A stretch of 64,000 bases of DNA from Vitrella brassicaformis CCMP3155 (lineage: Eukaryota > Protista > Chromerida). A program made the translations under genes and the position numbers. The notes under the pieces were generated by a model that was not told the origin of the DNA, did no database searches, and saw nothing but the letters and a program-made list of their open reading frames with translations. The DNA is taken from positions 124,001 through 188,000 of the forward strand of contig CDMY01000510.1 in the NCBI GenBank assembly GCA_001179505.1, in the 5' to 3' direction. Shown here piece after piece: positions 12,512-24,683 of this stretch. The stretch's first letter is position 1, and every line of letters starts with the position of its first letter.

Positions 12512-13444
12512 ATGAGGGATTCGGCCTCCTCGTCGTCAGCGGCATGGCTGCCATCAGACGACCCCCGTGACGAGTCGTGCCTCCCACCTGAGCTGGCTGC
12601 TGTGGACCAGAAGCGCCTCGTGCTCGAGAGCACCCTCTCGAAAATCGACACCGCCATGGTGAGAGTGTGTGAGAAGAGCACGTCAAATGACCACATCGCT
12701 GGTCTGTCGGTTGTGTTGTCTCGCTGCTTGTCGTTTCAGGCGATGCCAGTAGAGGCTGGAGGGTGCATCAACGAGGACCATCGCCTCCTCTGCGAGCAGT
12801 GTGCCGGTGACCTCCGTGACCTGCTGCAGAGCATCACGGCCGTCCGCGCCCGTATGATGGAGGGATTTGCGCTCTTCGGCGAGGCGTACAGGGCCCTCAG
12901 GTCATCGCAGCCGTCTCTCCCGCGTGAGGCGGCCGTCCACATGGTGGTTCACGAGCGGCACATCCCCCCTCTCCGTCCAGCGGACGTCACGGAGTTTCAG
13001 CTGCTCACTGAGGAGATCGCCAAGGTCGAGCGCACTGCCCAGCGTGCGCTGGCAATGAGACGGCGGGGCGGCCTCAGCCGTCATAGGGCACCAGACCAAG
13101 AGGGGGGGCGCATCAGCCGCCGAGACGTGGACCTGCTGCACTCCCTCCTCTCACAGTCACGGCAGCACGAGGCCTCCTCTCCGCCGTCGACGGGTGGGCC
13201 ACTAGACGGACTGGATGAGCTGAGTGGTCGTGGTGGCGGTGGTGTGCATGGCCGTGACAACGTGGCGATGGGCAGCCCCGCGTCGTCTCGTTCGCGCATG
13301 AGCACTGAGGTGTCTGGGAGACGGGATACGTCTGACATGGACATGGAATATGACGCTATGGAGCAAGACGAGCCTGAGGAGGGGATGAGGGAAGGGGGGC
13401 AGCCACGTAACGATGGGCGGGGAGACGTGCCACCACCGGGATGA
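12512..13444 (+). CDS. Hypothetical helical/coiled-coil protein
   Basis: Long GC3-rich ORF containing a likely in-frame 81-nt GT-AG intron (12659-12739). No recognisable domain. Confidence 0.6.
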   Translation: MRDSASSSSAAWLPSDDPRDESCLPPELAAVDQKRLVLESTLSKIDTAMVRVCEKSTSNDHIAGLSVVLSRCLSFQAMPVEAGGCINEDHRLLCEQCAGDLRDLLQSITAVRARMMEGFALFGEAYRALRSSQPSLPREAAVHMVVHERHIPPLRPADVTEFQLLTEEIAKVERTAQRALAMRRRGGLSRHRAPDQEGGRISRRDVDLLHSLLSQSRQHEASSPPSTGGPLDGLDELSGRGGGGVHGRDNVAMGSPASSRSRMSTEVSGRRDTSDMDMEYDAMEQDEPEEGMREGGQPRNDGRGDVPPPG

Positions 13445-13873
13445 CTGACCGACCGACCGATCCAGACAAGACGGTTCTAATGTACACTAGTCTGGGTGGC
13501 GGGGTGTGTCGAGTCTCGGGGATGGGTGCGGGTGCGGTTTTGTCTGCTGGTGGTGCTGCTGGTGCTGGTGCTGTACATGAATGCGGTGATTGTGCCGGAT
13601 TGATTGATCATGACGGCTGACCAATCTTCTCTGAGACATGGTGTCATTCTTAGCCTGCATGGAGGACCATTCATATATTGACTTTTAGCGCTCTGCCGCT
13701 TCAAAAAGTACAGGTCCGGTCCGCATGTATGGGTCATCCGGCCAACACTGAACACACACGGGTACCGTGGAGAATCGGAGAGACAGAAGCAACAGACAGG
13801 ACATGATATAAAATGTAGGCAACGGTCGTCCTCTGGCTGCCAACGCGACGGCTGGGGATGAATGGATAGCGAG

Positions 13874-14830
13874 TCAGGCTCTGTTCACTGCTGCTGCAGC
13901 GATTGCGATGGGCCATCGGCGTGGTGGCGTCAGAGGGTCGCCCTTCTCGTCGCGAGTCCATTCCACATCACCACCAGCACCACCAGCACGAGCACCAGCA
14001 CCGCGGGCAGCCTCACGACGGACCCTCTTAGGCGGCGATGGACGGTCGTCCTGGTGGTCGTCCGTGGTGTCGGCTGGGTCCCGATACCGGCGCTTCCGGC
14101 GGGCAGCCAGGGGCACATCGTCGTCGAGGTCGCCGTCAGGCTGCTGCGTGCCTGGAGGGAAACTGTAGACAGAAAGACAGACAGACAGAGGGACAGCGAG
14201 AGTCGTTTGGCTGAATGTCTGTGTGCCGTTCTCGACGTGTGGGTGCGAAAGGTGCCTACCCGGCGAGTTCGTCGCCATCTGGTGATGGCACCAGCACGTC
14301 ATTAGCACCTTCTGCTGCTGCTGCTGCGGCAGCTGCTGCCGCTGCAGGGCCTTCTGAGTCTGCATGGATAAGTAAAGAAATACACACACGACACAGAAAG
14401 AGAGGGGGAATGCAATGCATGTACAGGTCGACGCACGCCCGTGGTGTGTGGTTTGTCCGCTCACCGACATCCATCCCATCGCCGTGAGCCTGGCCCGCCT
14501 GCTGGTCTTGGTCTTGGTTGTTCCACCCATCCTCACCCACCTGCTGACCGACGGCAGCACTCTCATCGGCAGCCTCACGACCCTCCTGCCCTCCTTCCTC
14601 ATCGACATCATCCGCCTCATCGGCCTCGCGATGCGCCGCCGGTCCCTCCTGCTCGAGCAGTGGAGGTTCCTGAGGGCCCGGGCCGTCGTGCTTCTGGCCG
14701 TGCTGGGGCGAATCCGGGTTGAGACCACCGCCGATACCGCCGCGCTGGGGGGCGACCTGGCGGGAGAACGGGGAGGGGAGGGTCTGCAGGAAGCGATGCA
14801 GGCAGGCAGGACACGTGATCCTTGTCCTTG
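13874..14830 (-). pseudogene. Low-complexity gene or gene remnant paralogous to the 3' exons of 5698-8922
   Basis: Shares exon ends and intron sequence with 5760-6270 (GDGMD[I/V]| exon end; QQPDGD[I/L]DDDVPLAARRKRR...RPSPPKR.RREA.RGAGA...VEWTRDE). The upstream region at 14870-15000 contains stops. Confidence 0.6.
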
Positions 14831-15256
14831 ACTGCAGGCAGTGTGGTGTGCTACCTACCCGTCCTCGAGGTGCCGCTCATCCTCGGCCCCTCCCTCCGCC
14901 TCCTTGCCCTCGCCGTCACGCTGTTGGCCGTTGTCTTGGTCGCACCCTGCAAGCTAGGTTCTTGATCACCTTGTGGTCGGGGGCTAGGATGAATCGGTTA
15001 CGACATGACATAAAATGTAGGCATCTCCTGTTGAGACACGACAAATGGAAAACAGAAAAAGTAGGCAACGATGACTTGCACTCGCTGAACTGAGTACCGT
15101 GTCGTCACTTGTGTCGCGGCATTGTTCGCATGCAGCCAGCGGACGTAGCAGCGAATACGGAAAGTCCCAGTCATGACAAGATATAAAATGTAAGCAACAA
15201 TGAATTTGTCACTCCCCGCTCTCCGGAATAGATAGAGAGACAAGGTGCGAACAGTC

Positions 15257-15601
15257 TCATGCGTATCGACTGTCGATGGCCAGCCCGTCCTGACGGTCCT
15301 GCCGGCGGAACTCGGCCTCGTAGTAGTGCTCCCATTGCCTTGAAAGCGCCCAGGCGTGCTCCCATTGCCGGTGGTCCGCCTCAGCGTGGAGCTGAACAGC
15401 CGGGGGGTCGGGCTCGATCTGGACGATGACAGAGTCCTCCGGCTCGGGCTCGGGCGGGTGCACGATCAGCACCTGCTGTAGCTGTCGGCCGTCGTCGGGT
15501 AGGATGATGACGATTTGCTCCAGCAGGACGGGGGGCTTCTCGCGGCGTCGCTCCTGGAGGTGCTGCCTGCGGCGGATGAGGTGGTAGAGGACGCCGAGGA
15601 C
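15257..15601 (-). CDS. Isolated coding-like exon (VLGVLYHLIRRRQHLQERRREKPP...), gene assignment unclear
   Basis: Follows a CAG acceptor at the end of a microsatellite intron and has strong GC3 codon bias. It may belong to the neighbouring decayed gene. Confidence 0.4.
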   Translation of the reverse strand, partial: VLGVLYHLIRRRQHLQERRREKPPVLLEQIVIILPDDGRQLQQVLIVHPPEPEPEDSVIVQIEPDPPAVQLHAEADHRQWEHAWALSRQWEHYYEAEFRRQDRQDGLAIDSRYA

Positions 15602-15769
15602 CTGCAGGCACGTGTGCATATGATATATAGATATATATCAGACGCACCACGCAGCAGACATACAGACAGACAGACAGACAGAGAGACAGAGAGACAGAGA
15701 GACACGGAGACATGAGCAATGGGTGGTGCAGTGCAGTGCAGTATGCAGGTCAATGTGAGTTGAAGGCGT

Positions 15770-17770
15770 GCTCTGCTCACTGCTCCGGCGCCCGCTAGGA
15801 GGCACCATGTCACCTGCAAGCCACGCCCTTGAAGCATCCGCATCCGCCTGTTTGCCGAAGGGCGGCTTGAAGGGGCTTCCCCACAAGCCGACAGTGAGTG
15901 CCTGTAACCATAGAAATTCCAGCATTTATAGCTATGAAGTTGGTGCCATCGCCAAAAACAAGTAAAATTGGCCATCGCGTACCTCGTTGGGAACACCAAG
16001 CGCACACCCAAAAACAAGCATCTTGCCAGCGACAAGATCGACAGGCAGCCGAGCAAGTTGCGCGCCGAGCGCAGTAAGCTCGAGACGAGATTGAGCGGCT
16101 CCGTCGGTGAGGTTGTCTGGAGCCTGTGCGCATGAGAAAATCAGTGAATCATCATTGTATTTCCACGCTTAATGACCTTGGTGGCTGATATCCCAATAAG
16201 GTAGCCCAGCGACTCGTCAATCCTCGTTGGACGGGAAGGATCGAGCATTCCTTGGAAAAACTCATCGGGCGTCCTCGTATTAAGGACACACACCAGCCAA
16301 TTTGCCAGATCTCTGCTTATTCGCCCGCAGAATAGCTTGCGTGTCGAAGTTGTCAAGACATGTTGTGCTCCCACCTTGTCAGCAGCCTCCAGCAGACGCC
16401 CGGCTGCAAACGCCCAGCCCGCCCCTTTCGCTGTCTGTCCAGGAATGACACAAACACAAACACAGAGGGATGGCAAATGTAATGCGATTTATTGCCCTAT
16501 CTCCTCACTCAGCGCACGCTTTAGGCATCGAACACGTTCGAAACTCTTCAATCTTGACATACCTTCGAAAGAATCGCGGGTGGTGGAAGACAATGCTTCA
16601 CCCTTGTCTCATGGTCGAAAATCTTGTATGTCTTGTGCTGCATGGTGTCTATCACGTGCCTGCAAAAAGTCCCTAAGTCAGCCGCACTTATCTTTTCTTG
16701 GCGATGTCATTCTCTCACCCGACATCATCAATTGTGATAGACACTGTTTTCCTCACGCCTGGACGACCAAAACAACAATACACGCACCAACTCTCATATC
16801 CGCATCCTTCTTTATTGTACCGTCTGGTGGCTTCTGTAGAACTCTGTTCTGCTGTTCAGACAAAAGACGGCTATGAAGAGGCAGCAGCAGAAAGTCAGGC
16901 GCTTGTTGATTGCCGAGAAGATGTCGTTGGAAGTCGTTGAGGCATGCCTCAATCTCGGCCGCGCCCGGGAGGAAAAACGAGGATGGCTTCTGTGCTGGGC
17001 GTAGAGTTGTAGATGTGGAGTATCGTCTTCGAATCAGCGCAGTGTTGATGTTCATATCCTGTAAAGGGCAAAACAGGTGGCAAGGCGGTCTGTGTATTAG
17101 TGCGTGCACCTATGTATGTGTCTCACTCTCTTGCGGCGGAGCAGCTGCAGTAGTGTGTACTCGCGGTATGGGTCTCCGTTGCTTTTTTCGGTAATCCTGC
17201 CGCAGTTGGTCTTGATCCTCTGCGTGGACGTCGCTCCACACCTCTGAAATGATCAAGAGTGCAGTCTGGCTGCATCAACCATCATCGTAACATTTCCCAG
17301 AAGAAAGACACAGTATCCAGCGACAGAATAGAGAGCGAACAAGCAGGGCCCCCACCTCCTCCAGGATATCCTTCAGTGCTTTGAGGAGGACGTCGGTCTG
17401 CTGAGCCCGCTCGTGCACTTCATCCAGGAAGACGTGGTGAAGTCCAGCAATAAAGGGTCCGATGCCAGCATTCTGTACTCACAAAATGATGAAGGCAAGA
17501 AGTGAGGCGACTCCATTGGCTGACACGCGCTTCCTCACTTCAGGGGGATGCCGAGGTGACGAACAGAATTTTGGTCTGCGCGCTGCATTTGCTGGCATGT
17601 CTGGGAGAGACACCATGTCTACTGAGGCGCCCTCACTACATTCAGTAGGTAGTACCGAATCTTGTAGCCAACCAGCTCCCCGACAGTGCCCATGAGCTCT
17701 GTGATGACCCGCTCTGCAACACACGTGGCGGCCAGGCTGCAAACAAAGGACAACAAGGCCACATCAAGCC
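15770..17770 (-). pseudogene. DEAH/RHA RNA helicase pseudogene, copy A (DHX36/DHX57-like, C-terminal two-thirds)
   Basis: Exons encode LAATCVAERV..GELVGYKIR, HHVFLDEVHER, AILVF/LPG (frameshifted), LLPLHSRL, GVRKTV-SITIDDV (LATNIAET missing), RQRKGRAGR (motif VI), MLDP, LTALGAQLARLPVD..GKML (HA2) and SPFKPPFGKQADAD. No Walker A or SAT motif. Confidence 0.85.
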
Positions 17771-17779
17771 CCACATATC

Positions 17780-19300
17780 TTACTCTGATCCGGTCGTCGT
17801 CGGAATGGTCTGATTCGTCTGCAATTGCCGCTGCAACGGTAGCGGCAGCACTACGAAATGTAGCAGGAATGACGTGTCTTGACCCCTCACTGGCAGCCGC
17901 ATCGGCGCCAGCATCCCCAGCACTGACATAAAACGTGTGGGACGCCTCTTGTATACTGCGCGTACATGGCTTCTTTTCTGGCCTGCTGCTGCGCAAGTTT
18001 GAGGGCCGCATCGTTCCGCGATACCTCAGTACGTAGACAGGACGCCTAGGCCCACACTCGCATACAGATGTCGACGTCAGGTGGTGTGTGTGTCTGGTGT
18101 GGTGTAGAGTCTATTGGTGGGTTACCCTTTGCTGTAGGTTGTCATTGAATATCCTTATGTCATCCAGCTCCGCTCCCAGTGCAAACATGTCCTCAGTATG
18201 CTTCCGCTGACATGAAGATACAGCGAATACAGACAATCCGACGATGACGACTGATCGCTTTATGTGTTTAGACAAACTTACGCGTCATATGACGCATTCA
18301 CCCCTCGGAGCTCAATGCCCACATTGACGGCGAAGCGTTCGGCAGTCTTACGGCGCGAAAGCTCGCTGAAGGATGAAGACAGAAGCAGAGATGAAAAAGA
18401 TCCACACATACGTATTTTCTCATCCAATACTTCTGCCTTTCGGCGGGCTTCTTGTTGCTCCTGCAGTCCTTTTTTCGACGCTGAATGCAGGAACACAAAG
18501 TGACCGTGGTGTCCGAGCCCAGCCATATATCCGTTTGTTTCCCTGACCGCTCCTTGTCGTCCTTTTCACGCCCCAGGTCAGCTGTGAGGCTGCAGGCAGA
18601 ACAAGCAGGGATGCACTACTCCCCTCTATATTTGTTTGCCGCCCTCCCCTACGTGGCATTTGCTCGTGTGAGGCTGGCAATACGTTCCACTTCTCTGAAC
18701 AGACATACCATAAAACGAGGCGTTGGCGCAGTGTTGGAGGTCCTCCTGCAATCCGTTGGCGCGCACCCTCTCCAGCTCTGTGTTGCCATATATAATTTCC
18801 TTCTACACGAGAGACAGCCGACCATAAGAGAGCCATGAACCAACACATGCAGTCTTTCTGCGTGTCAGTGCCTGATGCTTACCCTGAGGGCCGCGTAGTC
18901 ATCGTTGTACTTGCCCTGGCTGCCTGACTCTTCGGCGATCTGTCAGAGAGGAGTCAACCATGATCTTCATCAGTTACTCATCCGTTCCGTATCTCCCTCA
19001 CTGGTGGTTTCCCCCTGATGGGCATGCACACGTACACATGACCAGAAGCGCTCCATCATAACGCATCATTTGATTGTAGAGCTCCTAAGCGTACGGCAAC
19101 CACACAAGATGGTAAGGAAACGGACTGATCCGGGGCAGTGGCATGCCCCTCCCTTGCTTGCCTCCTGCAAACGCTCCGCACGCTGCTGCTCTAGCAATCT
19201 GCCGCCGTGCAAGATCTCCGTCTGTGTGACAGGTCTGCTGAACGATGGCCGTGAATTAGAAGCTCTGTTGCTGTCCACACAGCCGTAGTCTTGGAAGGAC
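17780..19300 (-). pseudogene. Multi-exon coiled-coil gene remnant abutting helicase copy A
   Basis: A series of short GT-AG-bounded segments (IAEESGSQGKYNDDYAALR; KEIIYGNTELERVRANGLQEDLQ; KKGLQEQQEARRKAEVLDEK; NDAALKLAQQQARKEA). Not all splice phases reconcile. Confidence 0.4.
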
Positions 19301-19468
19301 GAGGCGGGCTCCCTCTCCCTTCGTGGCCCTTTCCCTGTCACAGAGCAAGGGCGAAAAGAAGGAGGAAGCGGGAAGAACTTCCTCCTTTTTTGCCCCTTTT
19401 CGCCCCCCGTCTCTGTCGCGAGAATCTCGCCGGTTGATCTCGAAAACAACCTGCCTTTCCCCCCCAAG

Positions 19469-22400
19469 ATGCGTCCCGGCGGGCCTATGAGCCGCACACG
19501 TCCCCCGAGATGCCACCCACAACAGCGAACTGACCGTCGCCTCATCGGATCTGCGCCGAATGCCTCTCGCATCTCACGGCACCAGCCTGAGCATGACCCA
19601 TCCATCCAGCGCTCCATCTGGGCAGCTGCATCAGTTGACCAAGCGCCATCTGATCCTCCTGCTTCGTTGGCTCGCGCGATGCCGGTGGCGCTGCGTCCCG
19701 TGTGGTCTGAGGATTCATGGAACGCGCAGCTGAGGAGGGCGGAGGAGACCATCAGGGCGTCGCCAACGAGCAGCAGGCAGCCCGGCGTGATGCTGATATC
19801 GTTACAGCAGGTGCAGAGCAGGATAGTCCAAACGTCTGTGCGAGGATTCATTGCACATCTTGATGTATTGTGTGCGTTCATCTTCCTCAGCCATCTGTTG
19901 GTGCGGCAAGCCCACTGGAGCCTCTGCTGCCTTTGTTGTCGTCCCTCCCACGCCTCAATCCCTCCCGCACCGACCGCAGATACCGCTCCCTCCTCTCATT
20001 CATCTGGCAGCAGCGCAACACCCTCACGCCAACAGAGCTATGCCAAGCCGCGGCGTCGCTTCGCCAACTGGACGAGCGGCAGATGCTCGAGGCCTTCGGC
20101 GACACGCTAGTGGAGGGGGTGAGTTTCTTCTCATCCGACGTGATGGCATCGCTCTCGCGGACTGTGGCGCACATGCAGGGCGGAAGGGGCGACTCGCACA
20201 GGAGGGGAAGGGAGGAAGGCTTCTTTGAGGCGGTGCTGGACCACATGGTGGTCGAGCCTGACCTGTTCGCGCCGGAGGTGAGGGTGCAACGGACATACAC
20301 CACACCCATGCCGTTCTTCTATGAAATGTTGTGTCTTCCCTTCAGGATTTCGCGACTTCCCTTCTCTCCCTATGCATGTTCCACTACCCCCCTCCCTCAT
20401 CGTCCTCTCCTCCCTCTCCCCCGCCGTTCTCATCGCGGCTCGACACAGCATTCGCTACATGCGACGGCCTCATGGCCAGCGACTCTCTGCCCGCATCCTC
20501 GTTGATCGATCTGCTTGAGGCGCATCGGCTGCGGCGTGGGTACGGTGTGGAGGGCGACCGCGAGATGTACGTGTGTGCGGGGGAGCGGCTGGCAGGGTCG
20601 CTGGACGACTTGGGAGCGGCCAAGGTGCTGAGGGGCCTGCACGCCCTGGCTGACCTGGTGGGCAGGCGGCAGGGGGACGATCGAATGAACAGAGTCTTCG
20701 GTACGTCATGAGAGAGAGACGGACACGCGAGACCATCATGTGGATGTGTGTCAATGGATGGCCGTAGGTCTCTTCTTCCGTCGGCTGGACTCTCTGTATC
20801 TCGACCTCACCGCCAGCGATGTTGCCATGGCCCTAGATGCCGCCACCAAGCTCCTGCCACAAACGCCGTCACGAGGCGATGCGGGTCCCACGAGCCGCAG
20901 AATGCTCAAGCGGCTGCTGGATGGCGTCAAGCGGACTGTGGGGCAGATGGGCCGGAAGCACTGCCTCACCGTCTTGCGCAGCGTCAAAGAGCTGCACAGA
21001 CACTGGTGGGCGTCATCAAACACGCAAATAAATACCAGAACAGTCATCCATGCCGTGCAATTGTTTCATGAACGTGGAGTGCAGGGTCCGCGACGCGGAT
21101 CTGCTGAGCCTGTTGGAGGCGCAGGTGACTCGCGAGCTGATGCACCTGACCCCCGCCCAGCTCGCCTTCGTCGTCAGCAGCTTTGCGCACATGCGCTACG
21201 CCACCCACAGCAGCAGCAGCAGCAGCAGCAACAGCAACGACAGCAAGGCCAATGAGGACTTCTGGGGCCTTCTGCGTGGCGAGGTGGCCGAGCGGCTGCC
21301 GTCCTTCGAGCCGAAGCACATGGCGACCAGCCTGTGGGGCCTCTCGAAGATGGGTGCCATGAGCCGGAGTCTGTTCAACAAGGCGGAGATCTACGTGCAG
21401 CAGAACATCATGGGCCTCTCCAACTGCGACATCGCCCTCACTCTCTGGTCGTTCGCCACCATGGGCATCCAGCCAGCCCCCGAGGCGCTGGCCGTCATCA
21501 CGGCCCACCTGCACAAGAACGTCCTCACCTTCTCGCCCACCGACCTCACACAGACGCTCTGGAGCTTCACGGCCTTCGGTGCCCACATCGATCCGCCATT
21601 GCTGTCGTCCTTCCTGACGTGTGTGGCGCGGCAGCTGCGGCACCTCAAGACAGAGGAGCTGGTGATTGTGGCTGTGGCGTTGACGCGGCTGGGGTATCGG
21701 CAGCAGCCCATCCTGATTGAGCTGTATCGGATGGTGTATGCCGTGGCTGACAAATTGGATGTGCACCAGCTGGCCATGGTGGGGGAGAGAACAGGGGCAA
21801 AGGCAGGCCCATGCATCTCGTGTGTGCCTGTCCCTTGTGCGTAGGTGTTTTTCACATTTGGCATGTCTGGCATTCGTGACGATGCCCTCGTCAAGCGCCT
21901 GTGCTTCCGGATCACGCAGCAAGCCGACCGACTCAACCCACAGGTATGCACATGTGTCCGTCCACTCACACACACAACCAGCCCCACCCCTTCATGTGTG
22001 TGCCGGCTCGCACAGGATTTGTCCAACATCCTGTTGGGCCTTAGCCGTCTGGGCGGCCGTGGGGTGACCCCAAGCTTCATCGAGAGCATGCAGGCATCCT
22101 CACCAGACGACAGTGGACAGCCCGTCGGCCTCTCGATGCTACGGCCCAGCTACCCTGACCACGACGAGGATCAGCATGACGATAATGCGAGGCCGCCAGC
22201 AAAGCAGCTGTGGACGTCAGCATTTGCTGCTGCTGGCGATGATACGTCGTCATCAGCCAGCGACTCACCGCCAGAAGCAATGGCCCTTCCGTCAGGCGTC
22301 AATGGCGAGATGGTCTCCGCTCTTCGTTCACGTATGTTCCGATCCGACATGCTGCGGAAGATGGCCAGCCGCCTTTTGCCGTCCATCTACCTGACATGCG

Positions 22401-23617
22401 GTGCGCTGCAGCCCACCGATGCTCAGCTGCTGATGCTCATGCACTGCATCGTGGGCCGCCTGCCGCCTCCACTCAAGGACAAGTCGAGGAAACGGCGGCT
22501 TGTTGCGGCTCAAGATGATGATATGTCCGACCAGCAGCAGCAGCAGCAGCAGCAGGCCAAGGAGGGAGTGGGGGAGACCAGCACACTGATGACCGCACGG
22601 GCGGGGGAGAGCTTCGCCAGCCGCCCGCCAGCTGACACAGACGACCTTCTCAACTACAAGGACATGGCGCGGCTGCTCATCGGCGCAGCGCATCACCACA
22701 TCATCTACCTGCCCTTCCTGGACCCCCTGTGTACGTCTTTGGCCCCCTGGCTGCCTCGGCTGCACGGCACGACCCTCATATCCCTGGTCTGGTCGCTGCA
22801 CTCGCTGGGCTGGTCGCGGCCTAAGTTTCGGTGGAAGCTCGGAGGGGCCATCAAGCAGAAGACACACAACTACCAGATACCCATCTCCATCGTCATCGAG
22901 GCGGTCCTGCCGCTGGTGCGTTAATTGCGTGGGTGCGTGTGCGTGTGCGTGTGCGTGTGTGGAAGGAAGGAGAAGAGATACCTACCGTACGTATGTCTGT
23001 GTGCCGGTGTGTCGATGTGTATGTGTGTGTGCAGGACCATTTGGGCCTGTATCACCGGCTGGACCCGAAGCTCCAACACGAGATATACAACCGGGTGAGA
23101 TTGAGTGGAATGGAGGAGACTGCCTACCTCTTTATGTGGACGTATGCGCCATCCCCCTCCCATGCGTCGCCGTATGTTACATGTGTGCAGGTTGACAACG
23201 AGACGCGTCAGCGGCTGAGATCGCCGCTGCCCATACCCGAGAAACAGACGGTGGCCATCGATCGAGTCGAAACAGACGGCCCTTTGTATCATGTGTGCTC
23301 TGCATGGTGTGGTGTGTGTCCCTCCCTGCAGGAGAATCACATGATCCGTGAGGCCGAGAAGGATGAGATTCGCATCCACTCGATCGACCAGCTGGTGCCA
23401 ATACAGCCCGACGAACAAGGCGAAACGGTCAGTCAGTACTTGAAACAGCCTCATACACACTACACTCATTCAGACATTATCCTCTGTGTGTGTGTGTGTT
23501 AAGATTCCGAGTTCCCAGGAGTCGTACGATTCGTCAGTGAAGCGGCAGAAGGAGTCCCTTTCAGAGACGGGCCACGAGGCCATCTGGCACTTCATGCAGA
23601 TCGTCAGGAGAATGTGA
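19469..23617 (+). CDS. Heptatricopeptide/octotricopeptide-repeat (HPR/OPR) helical protein, probable organellar RNA-binding factor, multi-exon
   Basis: Consecutive 37-38 aa repeats: FEPKHMATSLWGLSKMG, LSNCDIALTLWSFATMG, FSPTDLTQTLWSFTAFG, LKTEELVIVAVALTRLG, LDVHQLAM|VFFTFGMSG and LNPQ|DLSNILLGLSRLG. Spliceable to TGA at 23615-23617. Confidence 0.75.
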
Positions 23618-23926
23618 CTGACCACGTGAGTGATTGCTGGTGATATATGACTTATACCTGATGCCCAGCCACCAAGCGAGGGAGGCCGTGGGGTGCGTGT
23701 GTCTCTGTTTGCTTGTACAGGGGGGCATGTGATGTGTGTGCGTGTGCTCGAGGCGGGAATGCCTCAATTCTGGTTGGGTTGCTCTGTGCCTGTCTGGACA
23801 GCATTCATGGGACTGACCACATTCTTGAAAAAGAAATATTCGTAAGTCGCACTGCACGCCGGAATCAATCCCTTTGCATGTGCAGCCAGCGTGGTCTCCA
23901 CCTTTCGAGTCTCAATAGTGAATCAC

Positions 23927-24683
23927 TTAAAGGAGTTTGCACCTAGCGTCTTTGGCGATGATGCACTCGCCAATGATGCTTTTCGGGCCTTGTGCAGTGT
24001 AGGCCTCACGCACCAGCATGGACGTCTTGCCCTCTGGCGCAATATAGACCTGGATGCCCCCGTGGAGGAAGGAGCCGCTAGAGGAGATGCCGAGGCCCGC
24101 CATCTCATTCTCGATTTCACCGGCATCATTCTCGGTCACGTAGCCAGATTCGTCGCAGATGTAGACGATCCAGTGCTCGCGGACTGTCACACCCCAGCCC
24201 TTGGGCATGGCCAGCGCTGCAATACACGTGTATCAGGACACGCAGACGCTTACGTCGAAGGCAGAACTTTGCTTCGGGTGGGTCTTTGTAGCAGGGAATC
24301 TTCCACTCAGGATTGGAGAGCACTTCTGGCCACCCGAGGCTGCCTGTGCCGATCGTTGCTAGGTGATACATCGGCTGGCAATCTGCATGGACACAATCAA
24401 TGCATCACCAGCCCCCGATCGCAGAGTCAGACTCTCTGGCTTGCTGCGAGGCTCACTCTTGTTTTTCGAGGCCGTAGCATTCTTCGCCAACGCCTCGCGT
24501 GTCTCATTGGTACTGCTGCCTGCATCGGGTTCAGTGTACCCACAAGGACGGTGCGAAGGCCGTTGTCTCTGACTGACCGGCCATCCTTGAAGTCCTCGAG
24601 GGATCACTGACATCGCCCGCTTTGGTGATCCTCAAGACAGCCACCGCCACAAGGATGACAGGGACATAACAGAAGGCCCGCAT
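23927..24683 (-). CDS. Small secreted cysteine-containing hypothetical protein, about 4 exons
   Basis: Starts MRAFCYVPVILVAVAVLRITKA (signal-like). Phase-compatible splicing gives NK|NCQPMYHLATIG...KFCLR|PLAMPKGWGVTVREHWIVYICDESG...CIIAKDARCKLL*. The first intron (43 nt) is short and uncertain. Confidence 0.5.

Noticed and set aside
19066-19881. 271-aa minus-strand ORF
   Set aside because: It mostly overlaps the HPR first exon in antisense. Only its 3' part may belong to the coiled-coil remnant.
21044-21973. 309-aa minus-strand ORF
   Set aside because: Antisense to the HPR repeat exon.
23891-24610. 239-aa plus-strand ORF
   Set aside because: Non-ATG start, and the spliced minus-strand reading has a signal peptide and better codon pattern.
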